Shown: one piece after another, positions 29,801 through 39,661 of the stretch | Position numbering within the stretch: position 1 is the stretch's first letter | How the letters are laid out: the number at the start of each line of letters is the position of its first letter | NCBI GenBank assembly: GCA_001775995.1 | Contig: MEZH01000007.1 | Location: 200,714-264,713, forward strand | Origin: Candidatus Bathyarchaeota archaeon RBG_16_48_13 | GTDB lineage: Archaea > Thermoproteota > Bathyarchaeia > RBG-16-48-13 | Direction: 5' to 3' | Length of the DNA: 64,000 nt | The notes under the pieces: generated by a model | What the model saw: the letters and a program-made list of their open reading frames with translations, nothing else | Database searches by the model: none | Told to the model about the DNA's origin: nothing | Program-made: the position numbers and the translations under genes

Positions 29801-30054
29801 GAGATCTCGTGAGAAGACTTCAAGAGATGCGAAAATCCTTGGACCTGCCGGTGGAGGCTTTCGTTGGAGCCATCATCGTTGTTCCTACGAAGAAAGATGA
29901 GTTGTATCTAAGAAGGGAGAAGAGCTTCATTGCAAAGGAAGTCAGAGCGAAGAACCTTCAAATCATCCTTAAAAGCGAAAAAGTGCCGATGGCAACTCAA
30001 GAAATGACTTACATGATAAATGGAAGAGCCTTTGTAGTAGGCATCGTGCTCTAA
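26872..30054 (+). CDS. ileS: Isoleucyl-tRNA synthetase
   Basis: DGPPY..HVGT, WTTTPWT, GTGCVHVAPGHG, SRQRYWG, DQTRGWF and MHKSLGN. Confidence 0.97.
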   Translation: MMETVVKGDMKGYSPRRLEKEVSTWWQENQIYEKSKIARNKGPKFYFLDGPPYVTNPIHVGTTWNKSIKDAVIRFKRMRGYNVRAQPGFDTHGLPIEVMVEKRLGIQNKREIEEKLTVRRFVEECRRFALENLRILTDQFKDLGVWMDWDKPYVTLKDEYIESVWWLFKRAHEKGVLKRGTKSVHWCYRCGTVLSGYEVAQEYREVEDISVYVKFPVRGKESLLVWTTTPWTIPANVAVMVHPEAEYVRVQVDNEILILAQERCTIFGEMGKTYKVLEKFQGKMLRDVTYCAPLSNEVPAQRRLKGAHRVILNSQFVTMVEGTGCVHVAPGHGEEDFEVGVENKLPVLSPVDDNGRFTDQGGKYEGKMVFDANKDILQDLAKKNLLFHTALIKHRYPHCWRCKTPLILRTTDQWFITVSEFRDKLSESNSRINWVPKWAGEARFGKWLSEARDWVVSRQRYWGSPLPIWICKTCGTHIAIGSKAELRKRATKKFAEIELHRPWVDEIYLKCECGGIMQRVSDIIDVWVDSGVASWACLGFPNDKTEFDDWWPADFITEGHDQTRGWFYTLLVSSLVAFGEAPYMNVLMHGFTLDEKGREMHKSLGNFVSPEEVYNKYGRDTLRWFEMSCTTWEDLKFSWKGVEESFRSLQILWNIFNFTHLYMSLDKFTPQKWPLRRVGKNLRLEDSWLISKTENLKSEVTKSMESLSVHNAVRALNSFILEDLSRWYIKLVRRRLWQEKTDPDKLAAYSTMYYVLESVLIMCAPFIPFLTESLHQMLVQPPSGKTRRSIHMENWPDIHPDNLNIHLEEEMEIARNVTRAVASARQIAKIKLRQPIISVLIATEDVGVRKAVEELKDVILDQVNSKSVEFLGAAEEQKLKTVKAFPRYETLGPSFRRKSAMIGEAIKRADGRRILESFEKEKTWSLILGEEEFTITPNQVSFEEGLSEDYVSNGFNDGMVYINTKISKDLLQEGLARDLVRRLQEMRKSLDLPVEAFVGAIIVVPTKKDELYLRREKSFIAKEVRAKNLQIILKSEKVPMATQEMTYMINGRAFVVGIVL

Positions 30055-30074
30055 ATGTTGGTGTTCAGCAAGCA

Positions 30075-31175
30075 TTGAAGCTCCTAGGGTTAATTGTTAA
30101 CCCGATTGCTGGAATGGGTGGGTCAGTTGGGTTAAAGGGTACCGATGGCGCAGAGATCATAGAAGAAGCAATCGATTTGGGCGCAAGAAGGCATTCACCT
30201 GCGCGCACAGAAGAGTTTCTGCGCCAACTTTCTCATATTGAAAGCGAATTTGAACTCATAACATATGCGGGAATGATGGGGGAGGAGGAAGCTCTCAACT
30301 GCGGTTTGAAACCAAGGGTTTTGGGAAAAGTAGACCAAAAGACTTCAAGGGCTGATACAATAGAAGCTGCACGCCTGATGAAGGAGACTGTTGACATAAT
30401 AGTTTTCTGCGGTGGCGACGGAACAGCTATAGACATAGTAGAGGTTATTGATGCGAAAATTCCTTTATTAGGCATCCCAGCTGGGGTCAAAATGCACAGT
30501 GCAGTCTTCGCCTTGAACCCACAGGCTGCAGCTAGAGTAATCACAGAATTCCTGTATGATAGAGCGTATCTCTCAGACGCTGAGGTTGTGGATATCGATG
30601 AACAAGCATATAGAAGAGGCGATCTGTCACCTCGAATTTATGGCTACGCTTTGACACCAAGGATTCTGGATTTGGTTCAAAACATGAAGATGCCCAGCGC
30701 TGAAACCGAAGACGAAAGAGAAGACCAGAAGGGATTGGCCAGAAGCGTGATAGACAAGATGATTGATGGCGTTTACTATATCCTCGGACCTGGTACAACC
30801 GTCAAGACAATTGCTGAGATTCTAGGCGTTGAAAAGACAATTCTAGGAGTTGATATTCTCCTAAACAAGAAAATAATCGCCAAAGACGTGAACGAGAATG
30901 AAATTCTGGCGGTTGTTGAGGGAAAGGATGCTAGAATCGTAGTTTCGCCTATAGGTAACCAATTTTTCATATTTGGAAGAGGAAACCAGCAAATAAGTCC
31001 TTCAGTAATACGAAAGATTGGCAAATCCAACATTATTGTTATCTCAACAAGAGACAAAGTGCGCAAAACGACTTTGTTGAGGGTAGATACTGGAGACACT
31101 GAATTGGATAAGCAAATGAGGGGCTATATTAGAGTAGTGACTGGTTATAATGAGGAAACCCTAATGAGAATATGA
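30075..31175 (+). CDS. ATP-NAD kinase family protein
   Basis: NPIAGMGG.VGLKGTDG, GGDGTA, GVKMHS and FGRGNQQIS. Confidence 0.9.
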   Translation: MKLLGLIVNPIAGMGGSVGLKGTDGAEIIEEAIDLGARRHSPARTEEFLRQLSHIESEFELITYAGMMGEEEALNCGLKPRVLGKVDQKTSRADTIEAARLMKETVDIIVFCGGDGTAIDIVEVIDAKIPLLGIPAGVKMHSAVFALNPQAAARVITEFLYDRAYLSDAEVVDIDEQAYRRGDLSPRIYGYALTPRILDLVQNMKMPSAETEDEREDQKGLARSVIDKMIDGVYYILGPGTTVKTIAEILGVEKTILGVDILLNKKIIAKDVNENEILAVVEGKDARIVVSPIGNQFFIFGRGNQQISPSVIRKIGKSNIIVISTRDKVRKTTLLRVDTGDTELDKQMRGYIRVVTGYNEETLMRI

Positions 31176-31185
31176 TAAAGAGGGC

Positions 31186-31599
31186 CTAATGCTTCTTGGC
31201 CTCTTCTTTAACATGGTGCATATAATTTTCAGTGTTCATCAAATTCTTTAAGTCAGCATGGATTTTGTCAGCCTTTATTATTGCTATCCAGCCTTCTTCA
31301 TAGGGTTTCTCGTTAATTAGTTCAGGTTTGTCCAACAATTTCTCGTTGACCTCGATGATCTCACCCGAAACAGGACTGAAGACTTCTGAAACTGCCTTGA
31401 CCGACTCGACCGTTCCAATGGAATTCTTCTGCGAGACTTTAGCACCCTTATGCGGTAATTCCACGAACACTATCTCGTGTAAGGATTTTTGTGCGAAGTC
31501 GCTCAATCCAATTCTGATTTTGGCTCCCTCGACACTCGCCCATTCATGAGTGGCAGTGTAGTAAAACCCTTCCTTAACTTCGTATCCTTCAACTTTCAT
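31186..31599 (-). CDS. gcvH: Glycine cleavage system H protein
   Basis: HEW, GLSDFAQ..L.EIVFVELP, lipoyl motif ESVKAVSE and PYEEGW. ATG 31599 follows GGAGG. Confidence 0.95.
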   Translation of the reverse strand: MKVEGYEVKEGFYYTATHEWASVEGAKIRIGLSDFAQKSLHEIVFVELPHKGAKVSQKNSIGTVESVKAVSEVFSPVSGEIIEVNEKLLDKPELINEKPYEEGWIAIIKADKIHADLKNLMNTENYMHHVKEEAKKH

Positions 31600-31995
31600 T
31601 TCATGAACCTCCAATGATGCTTTCATTATTCTATTGCCATTTCTCTTTAAACATTGGTTTCTCACACCTTTTTAAGTTCTGCGCTTTACCACCCGACCTA
31701 ATGCATGATCTACTGCGGCGTTTGATGTGCGCTCGATTGGTCAGGCGAATTCAAGAAATAGAGAAATTAATGGTTTCGATTCAGAATTTACGACAACTTG
31801 AACCAGACCCGCTTAAGATAGCGCGATCTAAAGTTTGGAGGCTGTCAGTCATCGAATCTATTTATCGCAGCAGCTTCTTGATTGCTCTTGAATAATAAAG
31901 CGTGCATCATACATGCATCTCCATACATTCGCCTCGCAATCGCGGAGCTTGGAGAAGAATAAAGCACTCCAACACTTAGTGTCTCTTCAGCATTT

Positions 31996-32640
31996 TCATT
32001 TGAACATAAGGCCGGTCTCTTCAGACCACAGGAGAAGGTCAAGCTCACCCATGGGAATACCAATAGTCCTGGAGAAGACCATCATACTGTTCTCTATTTG
32101 TAGGTATGTTCTCTTAGAGAGACCTTTTGGGACGCCTTCAATTACACCTAACTCCTCCAAATTCCTCATTATATGGCGGTCCAATATGGCTAGATCTTCT
32201 CCTAAGCCTATATTTCTCAAAAAATGACTTGCTTCTTTCATGCCTATGCCTTTCACATTTTTGACTAACCAACCCCGCAATCTCAGGCTATTGTTGGCAT
32301 TTTTCATTATGCTTTTTATATTGAGGTGACCTTTCTTGGTGAAGAAATTCCTAGCTTCGACGATGTACTTAGCTTTGTTATTATGGAATCGAATTCCTCT
32401 TAGAAAGGCGCTGATTTCTTCTTTCGAACCATGATATAGCAGAGAGTTGTTCATCAGTCCTAGGATAGCGCGCCAGCATATTACTGCCTTGGATTGAGGG
32501 GTACATATACAGAAGGAGAGTTCCGCGAAAATTCTCTCCTCGCTCTCATCTAACAAATGCCTAAACTCTTCCAAACGCTTCAGGATCTGGCGTTTCTTAC
32601 CAGAGTGAAAGTTCACCAGCCGAGTGTTTTTGTTGCACAT
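31996..32640 (-). CDS. ogg: 8-oxoguanine DNA glycosylase/AP lyase
   Basis: ELSFCICTPQS, RFHNNKA and KGIGMKEASHFLRN..AILDRHI. Confidence 0.93.
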   Translation of the reverse strand: MCNKNTRLVNFHSGKKRQILKRLEEFRHLLDESEERIFAELSFCICTPQSKAVICWRAILGLMNNSLLYHGSKEEISAFLRGIRFHNNKAKYIVEARNFFTKKGHLNIKSIMKNANNSLRLRGWLVKNVKGIGMKEASHFLRNIGLGEDLAILDRHIMRNLEELGVIEGVPKGLSKRTYLQIENSMMVFSRTIGIPMGELDLLLWSEETGLMFK

Positions 32641-32657
32641 TTTCTCTCTTTTTTCGA

Positions 32658-33617
<960 letters not shown>

Positions 33618-33728
33618 TTACATATTTATTTATCTTCCAGTGACTCCCTTTTTTCTGCCGGATTGCAGAAACACAAAGCATATTATTTATGGAAGATGTC
33701 GGATAGTAGGAAAGGGGGCTTCTGGAAT

Positions 33729-34205
33729 ATGAGTTATGATTCGAGCCGTGAGCAACTGAAGATCAAGAAAATACATGATGGAACCGTTATTGATCACATA
33801 ACTGCAGGATATGCTCTTGATGTCCTAAAGATTCTGGGTGTTACTGGTAAGGAGGGCTATACCGTCAGCGTGTTGATGAATGTGCCTAGCAAGAGGTTGA
33901 AAAGGAAGGACATTGTGAAGATCGAGGGCAGGGAATTGGAACCTGAGGAGGTCGATAAGATAGCATTGATAGCAGCCCACGCAACAATAAATATCGTAAG
34001 AAACTTTGAGGTTATTGAAAAGAAGGTAGTGAAATTGCCTTCTCAAATATATGGAATGGTCAGATGCGCCAATCCAACCTGTATATCCAATAGCAGGGAA
34101 CCAATAAAATCATCATTCTTGGTGGAAGATGATGAAGATCTACGCTTGAAATGCCATTACTGTGGTCGAATCATGGAAAAGGGCGACGTCTTGAAGCAAT
34201 TCTAG
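33729..34205 (+). CDS. pyrI: Aspartate carbamoyltransferase, regulatory subunit
   Basis: GTVIDHI, KDIVKIE and C.NPTCIS..C.YC. ATG 33729 preferred. Divergent from pyrB. Confidence 0.96.
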   Translation: MSYDSSREQLKIKKIHDGTVIDHITAGYALDVLKILGVTGKEGYTVSVLMNVPSKRLKRKDIVKIEGRELEPEEVDKIALIAAHATINIVRNFEVIEKKVVKLPSQIYGMVRCANPTCISNSREPIKSSFLVEDDEDLRLKCHYCGRIMEKGDVLKQF

Positions 34206-34209
34206 GATT

Positions 34210-34566
34210 CTATCTGGTTTTCAGGAGTATTATGGCTTGAGCTAGGTCGCCCCCGGTCTCCTCCAATGCTTTTTTCGATTCTTGAGGCGAGACATTAGCT
34301 TGCTGAGCTACGAGGAGCACATCTTCCTCTTTTATGGTTGGCGTCACCTCAGCTCCGCCCTCTAAAGGTCGTTCAGAAGTTTTCTCACCAACGATTTGAT
34401 AGATCCGCTGACCTTGCATATTTATGACCGACACAGAAGGCTTTTCAATGACCAGTTCTCTTTCCGAGAGCTTGATAACAACTTCCTTCACGCCACCAAT
34501 TTCGTCCATTTTCATTCCCATTTGGCGCATCATCCTCATGGCGTTTCTTTGGTTCATCCTTTTCAT
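34210..34566 (-). CDS. nac: Nascent polypeptide-associated complex protein
   Basis: RMMRQMGM, NAC domain and UBA-like EEDV.LVAQQA..GDLAQAI. Confidence 0.95.
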   Translation of the reverse strand: MKRMNQRNAMRMMRQMGMKMDEIGGVKEVVIKLSERELVIEKPSVSVINMQGQRIYQIVGEKTSERPLEGGAEVTPTIKEEDVLLVAQQANVSPQESKKALEETGGDLAQAIILLKTR

Positions 34567-35048
34567 TCGTGGTTTCCTCCATCGACGCCTCGCCTTATTT
34601 TTACGGCAATCCCCCTCTTAAAGGCTAACATCTCTTCACCTGTCAGAATGGCCCTTCCAACTGCCAGCAACGTGTCTCCTGAATTGACCACTAGGACCTC
34701 ATCTAAGGGTCTTATTTCGTTATCGGCTGAGATCACGTGTTTGGAAAAGACGTTGTTGCCATGCCTGATGACTTCCTCAACGTCCTTGTTTATGATGACC
34801 CTGAGTGTTACGGGTTTGAACTCCTTCAATAGCCTAGACGCTCCCGCTAACGTAAGTGCGAAGAGGCTATTTGTTGGTTTGAGGGTTGCCAGGAGTTCAC
34901 CATTCAGAGAGATGAAACGAATCCTTTTTGTGGTTGGGGAAAGGTCTACTGTGACTCCCTTTGGGAAAAGAGCTTCTCCTGCTCCTCTCCTCAATTGATA
35001 GTCGGCTATGGATCTGATCTTTCGAAGATGATCTGGAGAATTGGACAA
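34563..35048 (-). CDS. PUA domain-containing protein
   Basis: IADYQ..GAG.ALFP, VFSKHV..AD..IRP.DEV.VV..AVG and AVKIRRG. Confidence 0.85.
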   Translation of the reverse strand: MSNSPDHLRKIRSIADYQLRRGAGEALFPKGVTVDLSPTTKRIRFISLNGELLATLKPTNSLFALTLAGASRLLKEFKPVTLRVIINKDVEEVIRHGNNVFSKHVISADNEIRPLDEVLVVNSGDTLLAVGRAILTGEEMLAFKRGIAVKIRRGVDGGNHE

Positions 35049-35237
35049 TACAGCATTCCTCTTAGAAGTTGCATTAGCTGTATTACTTGTGGAATGCCCT
35101 TTTAAGTTAGATCAAAAACCTAGGTATTCATATGACATAACATTTTCATGAACCCTTTGCGGTCCACGGATCAAGACAAGAAATGCTAAAACGTAGAAAT
35201 GACTAATTCTACCAACTAGATTTCAGGTGGAGTTTCT

Positions 35238-35738
35238 ATGAATTGCGAGATTTGCGGTCAACCGATTAGAGGTAGGCCAGTAAATGCTATAGTGGATAAA
35301 GCGAAACTCATAGTTTGCGTGGAATGTGGCAAGCATTCCAGTGGAAGATGGAAGGTTGGCGAGACTATCAGACTGTCAAACCCACCACACTTGAGTACGG
35401 TTAAGCCAAAGATAAGAACTGCGTCAGGGATGTCTAGAGAAAGAGTAGGTGAAGAATTAGAAGTCACTGAAGGCTTTGGTCTAAAGATTAGACAAGCTAG
35501 AGAGAAATTGGGTATCAGCTATGAGGAGCTGGGGAAGATCCTAAACGAAAAGGTGTCAGTCATTCAACGTGTAGAGAGCCAGAAATTGGTCCCAGACATA
35601 AAGCTCACAAAGAAAATCGAGTATGCTCTAAAGATCAAATTGTTGGGGGATGTTTCTGTGCCTTCTGAGCCATTGAAGGAACCGAGCACTTCTGAAGTCA
35701 CTCTTGGAGACGTCGTGGCTGTAAAACGTCGAAAATGA
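35238..35738 (+). CDS. mbf1: Multiprotein bridging factor aMBF1
   Basis: CEICG..C.EC zinc ribbon, HTH IRQAREKLG and TLGDVV. Confidence 0.95.
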   Translation: MNCEICGQPIRGRPVNAIVDKAKLIVCVECGKHSSGRWKVGETIRLSNPPHLSTVKPKIRTASGMSRERVGEELEVTEGFGLKIRQAREKLGISYEELGKILNEKVSVIQRVESQKLVPDIKLTKKIEYALKIKLLGDVSVPSEPLKEPSTSEVTLGDVVAVKRRK

Positions 35739-35757
35739 TCAAAGGGAGGACAGAAAT

Positions 35758-37032
35758 TCGTTAAGGACAATCATCGTTCAACGGAGGACTCGCGAAGAGT
35801 CTAAGAACCTTGAAGAACTGAAGAGTCTAGCCGAAGCAGCTGGATACTCGGTTGTTGGTTCCATGGAACAGGTTAGGGAACCTGGTTCTAAATATCAAAT
35901 TGGAGTTGGAAAAGCCCAAGAGTTGGCCCGACTTGTGAAAGAGAGAGCGTGCGATAAAATAATCTTTGATAATACCATGAAGCCCCTGCAGGAGTACAAT
36001 TTAGCCAAATTAACTGGGAGAGAGGTCATAGATCGATTTCTGCTGATTCTCGAAATTTTCAGTAGAAGGGCGTCAACTAAAGAAGCACTTCTTCAAATCC
36101 AGCTAGCCAAACTTCAATACCAATTGGCTAGGGCCAGAGAGAATGTAAATCTCGCGAAACATGGAGAGCAACCAGGGTTCTATGGTCTGGGAAAATATGA
36201 GGTTGACGTCTACTATGACGCGATAAAGAGACAGATGTCCCACATAAAAGAGGAACTCAAGGACATAAGAGGAAAAAGATCAGTCCAAAGGAGTCGCAGG
36301 CTGGCGTCAGGCTTTTCCCTAGTTGCATTTGCAGGGTACACAAACGCTGGGAAGACGACGCTCTTCAACTTGATGGCGGGAGAAAACAAGGCAGTAGGGT
36401 CTAAACTCTTCACCACTTTAACCACAACGATTCGCAGCGCCGATCTACAAAACAAGAAGGTATTGTTGATAGACACTGTCGGATTCATAGATCGCTTACC
36501 AGTTCAGCTAGTTGAGGCGTTTCAATCAACTCTCGAAGAGACGATATTCTCCGATGCTGTAATCTTGGTTGTGGACGGCAGTGAACTCTTGGAGACGATA
36601 AAGATGAAGCTGGAAACTTGCCTCCGGACGATAAGGAACATAGGAGCGCAAGGAATACCGATAATCACGACTTTCAATAAAATGGACTTGGTCTCAACCG
36701 AGGAACTGGTTCGAAAAGAAAGAGCTCTCGAGCAGCTCACTCCAAGTCCTATCTTCATCTCAGCTTTGAAGCAGACCAATATTGAAGCCCTAAGAATTGA
36801 GGTTGCTAGGCGCTTAGAAGTCTATTCAAAGCTTTTCCTAAAACTACCCATAGGGGACAAGTCATTGGGGCTGGTCTCGTGGCTTCATGAAAAGACATAC
36901 GTAAAAAGCATTAGCTACTCTGGCAAGTTTGTCGAGATTGACTTGGAAGCACCTTTCAGACTTGTTGAGGTCATTAGAGGCAAGTGTGAAAAGGCTGCAG
37001 GTAACATGAGAACATTGATCAACAACTATTGA
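35758..37032 (+). CDS. hflX: GTPase HflX (start uncertain; similarity extends upstream of ATG 35863)
   Basis: LEELKSLAEAAGY upstream of the ORF-track start, followed by GYTNAGKTT, DTVGFI and NKMD. Confidence 0.93.
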   Translation, partial: SLRTIIVQRRTREESKNLEELKSLAEAAGYSVVGSMEQVREPGSKYQIGVGKAQELARLVKERACDKIIFDNTMKPLQEYNLAKLTGREVIDRFLLILEIFSRRASTKEALLQIQLAKLQYQLARARENVNLAKHGEQPGFYGLGKYEVDVYYDAIKRQMSHIKEELKDIRGKRSVQRSRRLASGFSLVAFAGYTNAGKTTLFNLMAGENKAVGSKLFTTLTTTIRSADLQNKKVLLIDTVGFIDRLPVQLVEAFQSTLEETIFSDAVILVVDGSELLETIKMKLETCLRTIRNIGAQGIPIITTFNKMDLVSTEELVRKERALEQLTPSPIFISALKQTNIEALRIEVARRLEVYSKLFLKLPIGDKSLGLVSWLHEKTYVKSISYSGKFVEIDLEAPFRLVEVIRGKCEKAAGNMRTLINNY

Positions 37033-37589
37033 TGTGGCCCATTTTGCCAAAACTGCATGTTATGAAGATAGGACACAGACCAGAAAGAGACAAGAGAATT
37101 GACATGCATTGTGTCCTCGTTTCAAGAGCTTTCGGAGCCGCAGGCATAACCTTCGACTTTGAGGACGCGGAACTTGAGACTAGGGCAGAATCAGTAACAA
37201 AGCACTTTGGCGGGCGTTTCTCGATCGGGACGGGAGTCAATTGGAAGAGTTACCTAAAATCTTGGAAAGAAGAAGGGGGAGAGATCATACACTTGACCAT
37301 GTATGGTTTACCTATTCAAGATCTTATTGGCGAGATAAAGTTGTCCCCAAAAGACAAACTAATCGTTGTCGGTGGTCAGAAGGTACCTCCTTCGATCTAT
37401 GAATTAGCTGACTACAATATCTCGATTACGCAGCAACCCCACTCCGAAGTGGCCGCCCTCTGCATCTTTTTAGACAGGTACTTCGAGGGCGCAGAGTTTA
37501 ATAAGAAGTTTGATGACGCTGAACTGAGAATAATTCCTCAACGCATGGGGAAGTTAGTGGTTAGGGAAAGTGGGTTAGAGAGAACTTAA
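37029..37589 (+). CDS. trm56: tRNA (cytidine56-2'-O)-methyltransferase
   Basis: GHRPERDKR, HLTMYG, VGGQKVP and QPHSEVAAL. Confidence 0.95.
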   Translation: MMWPILPKLHVMKIGHRPERDKRIDMHCVLVSRAFGAAGITFDFEDAELETRAESVTKHFGGRFSIGTGVNWKSYLKSWKEEGGEIIHLTMYGLPIQDLIGEIKLSPKDKLIVVGGQKVPPSIYELADYNISITQQPHSEVAALCIFLDRYFEGAEFNKKFDDAELRIIPQRMGKLVVRESGLERT

Positions 37590-37631
37590 GTCACAGAAAT
37601 AGTATTCACTAATGATTAATTGGAGGTGGGT

Positions 37632-38150
37632 ATGGCTTTGCTTACAGGGATCAGAGAAGAACTCCTCCTTAAGGTGACCAACATTCTGGGCGGCGAGGAA
37701 GCCATAGCTGTTGTGAAGTATCTAGCCTCCAAGGATCGGGTCACCGACGATGAGATTGCTACGGCAACAGGACTGAAGCTGAACGTAGTTCGCAAGATCC
37801 TATACAAGCTTTATGATAGTTCTCTGATAACATGTGAGCGATTGCGAGATGAGAAGACCGGCTGGTTCATTTTTTGGTGGAGTCTCCAGATGGGTCAACT
37901 CGAGGGGTTCGTTAAGAACCGCAAGAGAGAATGTTTAGAAAAGCTAAAGATAAGACTTGAATACGAAAAGAAACACGACTTCTATTACTGCAATAACCCA
38001 ACGTGCAAAGAGATAACCTTCGAAGAAGCTATGGAAGTTGTTTTCCGATGCCCTTCATGCGGTAGGCCGCTTCAGCACTTTGATAACTCTTCTTTGATTA
38101 GGGTTTTGTCCGAGAGAATTGAGACTCTCCAGAAGGAGTTGGATGAGTAA
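37632..38150 (+). CDS. tfe: Transcription factor E alpha
   Basis: TDDEIA..LN.VRKILY.LY, GW..F.W and C...C..FEEA.E..F.CP.CG. Confidence 0.95.
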   Translation: MALLTGIREELLLKVTNILGGEEAIAVVKYLASKDRVTDDEIATATGLKLNVVRKILYKLYDSSLITCERLRDEKTGWFIFWWSLQMGQLEGFVKNRKRECLEKLKIRLEYEKKHDFYYCNNPTCKEITFEEAMEVVFRCPSCGRPLQHFDNSSLIRVLSERIETLQKELDE

Positions 38151-38681
38151 GTGGAGGTTCCCTCTCAGAAGGAGGCGGTACAGATACTACGAAATTCAGG
38201 TTGCTCAGAGCAGGTCATAAATCACTGTATCGCGGTTTCTAAATTAGCTAAGGAGATAGCTCAAATATGCCACAAAAAGGGTTTAAAGGTTGATATTAAG
38301 GTAGTCGAGATCGGCGGACTCTTACACGATCTCGGCAGAGCCAAAACCCACGGCATCAGACATTCGGTGATCGGGGGAGAGATTGCACGATCAATGAGGC
38401 TATCAGAGCCAATCATTTCGATTATTGAGAGACATGTTGGCGGTGGGATCTCAAAGGAGGAAGCAAAGGTTCTGGAAATCCCCGAAAGGAGTTACATCCC
38501 TGTGACCTTGGAGGAGAAGATAGTATCATATGCAGACAAACTGATCGAGGGCGATCGACAGGTTAAGATCGATGAAACCATAGGCAAATTCTCAAGGCAG
38601 CTTGGGAACGATCATCCAGCCATAGGTAGACTTCGAGCTCTCCATACCTTTTTCAGCGACATCCTGAAGGACAGCAAGTAA
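38151..38681 (+). CDS. HD-domain hydrolase (TIGR00295-like)
   Basis: HC..V, LLHDLGR, HSV.G, ERHVG.G and EEKIVSYADKL. Confidence 0.9.
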   Translation: MEVPSQKEAVQILRNSGCSEQVINHCIAVSKLAKEIAQICHKKGLKVDIKVVEIGGLLHDLGRAKTHGIRHSVIGGEIARSMRLSEPIISIIERHVGGGISKEEAKVLEIPERSYIPVTLEEKIVSYADKLIEGDRQVKIDETIGKFSRQLGNDHPAIGRLRALHTFFSDILKDSK

Positions 38682-39502
38682 TGGTTGAAGTCACCCTCAT
38701 AACAAGGGTCTATGGCCCTTATTCAGAACGAGTTCTTCGTTACTTAACGATGGCTATGAAATCTCTCTCTTCAGACCTGAGACTGAAATCTGAAATTCTC
38801 AACGTATCGAAACGGGGATTTGTGCAGATATTAGTGAACGGTGAAGATGAAGAAATAGCACTAAACTACATCAGAGGCAAATTCGGGATAGCCCTTCAAG
38901 CATTGAGTGAGAAGTCAATTGGCGTGAATACGGTTGGCAGGATCGTTGATTCGGGCAAGGTAGGCTATGGCTTGTACTTGGATCTAGGCTTGACATCCAG
39001 AGAGTATTCAGATGCATTGATTCCTCTCCGTACTTTGAGGGATCAACTCGTTGGCAGAGAGAACATGTCGATCCGCGGACTAATAAGGGCATACGCTCTT
39101 TATGATGACCTCCCTCTATCGATCGAAATCTCAAAGATAGACTCAGAGAAGAGGGAGATAACAGCAAAGCTGACAGATAGACAGAGGCGAACGTACAGAC
39201 GATGGTTGAAATCAGGCTTGGAAAGAGTCATCGTGACTGGAACTTTTCATGAGGAATTGAAAAAGGCGTTGGCAAGAACTGGCCATTCGAGGGATATTGT
39301 TAGAATAGATTCTTTGGGTTTGTTAGAACATGTGATCGTCTGCAAGAGTGGAACTGAGGCACCAGGCCTGATCGCTGCACTGGGACCATGTTTTCCACGT
39401 GTACCTCTTCATGCCCTAGTTCCTTCCAAGATTGCGACAGACAAAAAGGTCTTGAACATGGTGGGCCGGGCCGGACTCGGACCGGCGACCTCTGCCTTGT
39501 AA
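38681..39502 (+). CDS. DUF2110-like protein
   Basis: GRIVDSGKVGYGLYLD, LIPL..LR.QL, ERV..TG and LGLLEH..CK.GT.APG. The 3' end overlaps tRNA-Val antisense. Confidence 0.75.
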   Translation: MVEVTLITRVYGPYSERVLRYLTMAMKSLSSDLRLKSEILNVSKRGFVQILVNGEDEEIALNYIRGKFGIALQALSEKSIGVNTVGRIVDSGKVGYGLYLDLGLTSREYSDALIPLRTLRDQLVGRENMSIRGLIRAYALYDDLPLSIEISKIDSEKREITAKLTDRQRRTYRRWLKSGLERVIVTGTFHEELKKALARTGHSRDIVRIDSLGLLEHVIVCKSGTEAPGLIAALGPCFPRVPLHALVPSKIATDKKVLNMVGRAGLGPATSAL

Positions 39503-39554
39503 GGGCAGCTTCAGGCCCAACTCAGATATCCTGACCAGGCTAGACGACCGGCCC
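39459..39554 (-). tRNA. tRNA-Val(UAC) with an 18-nt intron at 25/26 (39510-39527); CCA encoded; C at position 55
   Basis: GGGCCGG/CCGGCCC acceptor, anticodon arm CUGCC-CU UAC AA-GGCAG, and central helix CAGG/CCUG with bulges AU|A and AA|G. Confidence 0.9.
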
Positions 39555-39661
39555 TTATGATAGATTTCATTCCTATGAATGATATATTTACTCTTTTTCC
39601 TTCTGGATCTGATGAGACATCTTGTTTATGCAAAAACAAACGCTCTCAATTGATTCTAAAG

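Noticed and set aside
35735-35780. BHB intron joining the ATG at 35735 to the hflX frame
   Set aside because: Only a weak AUGAU/AUCAU pairing, with no intron-side helix or correct bulges.
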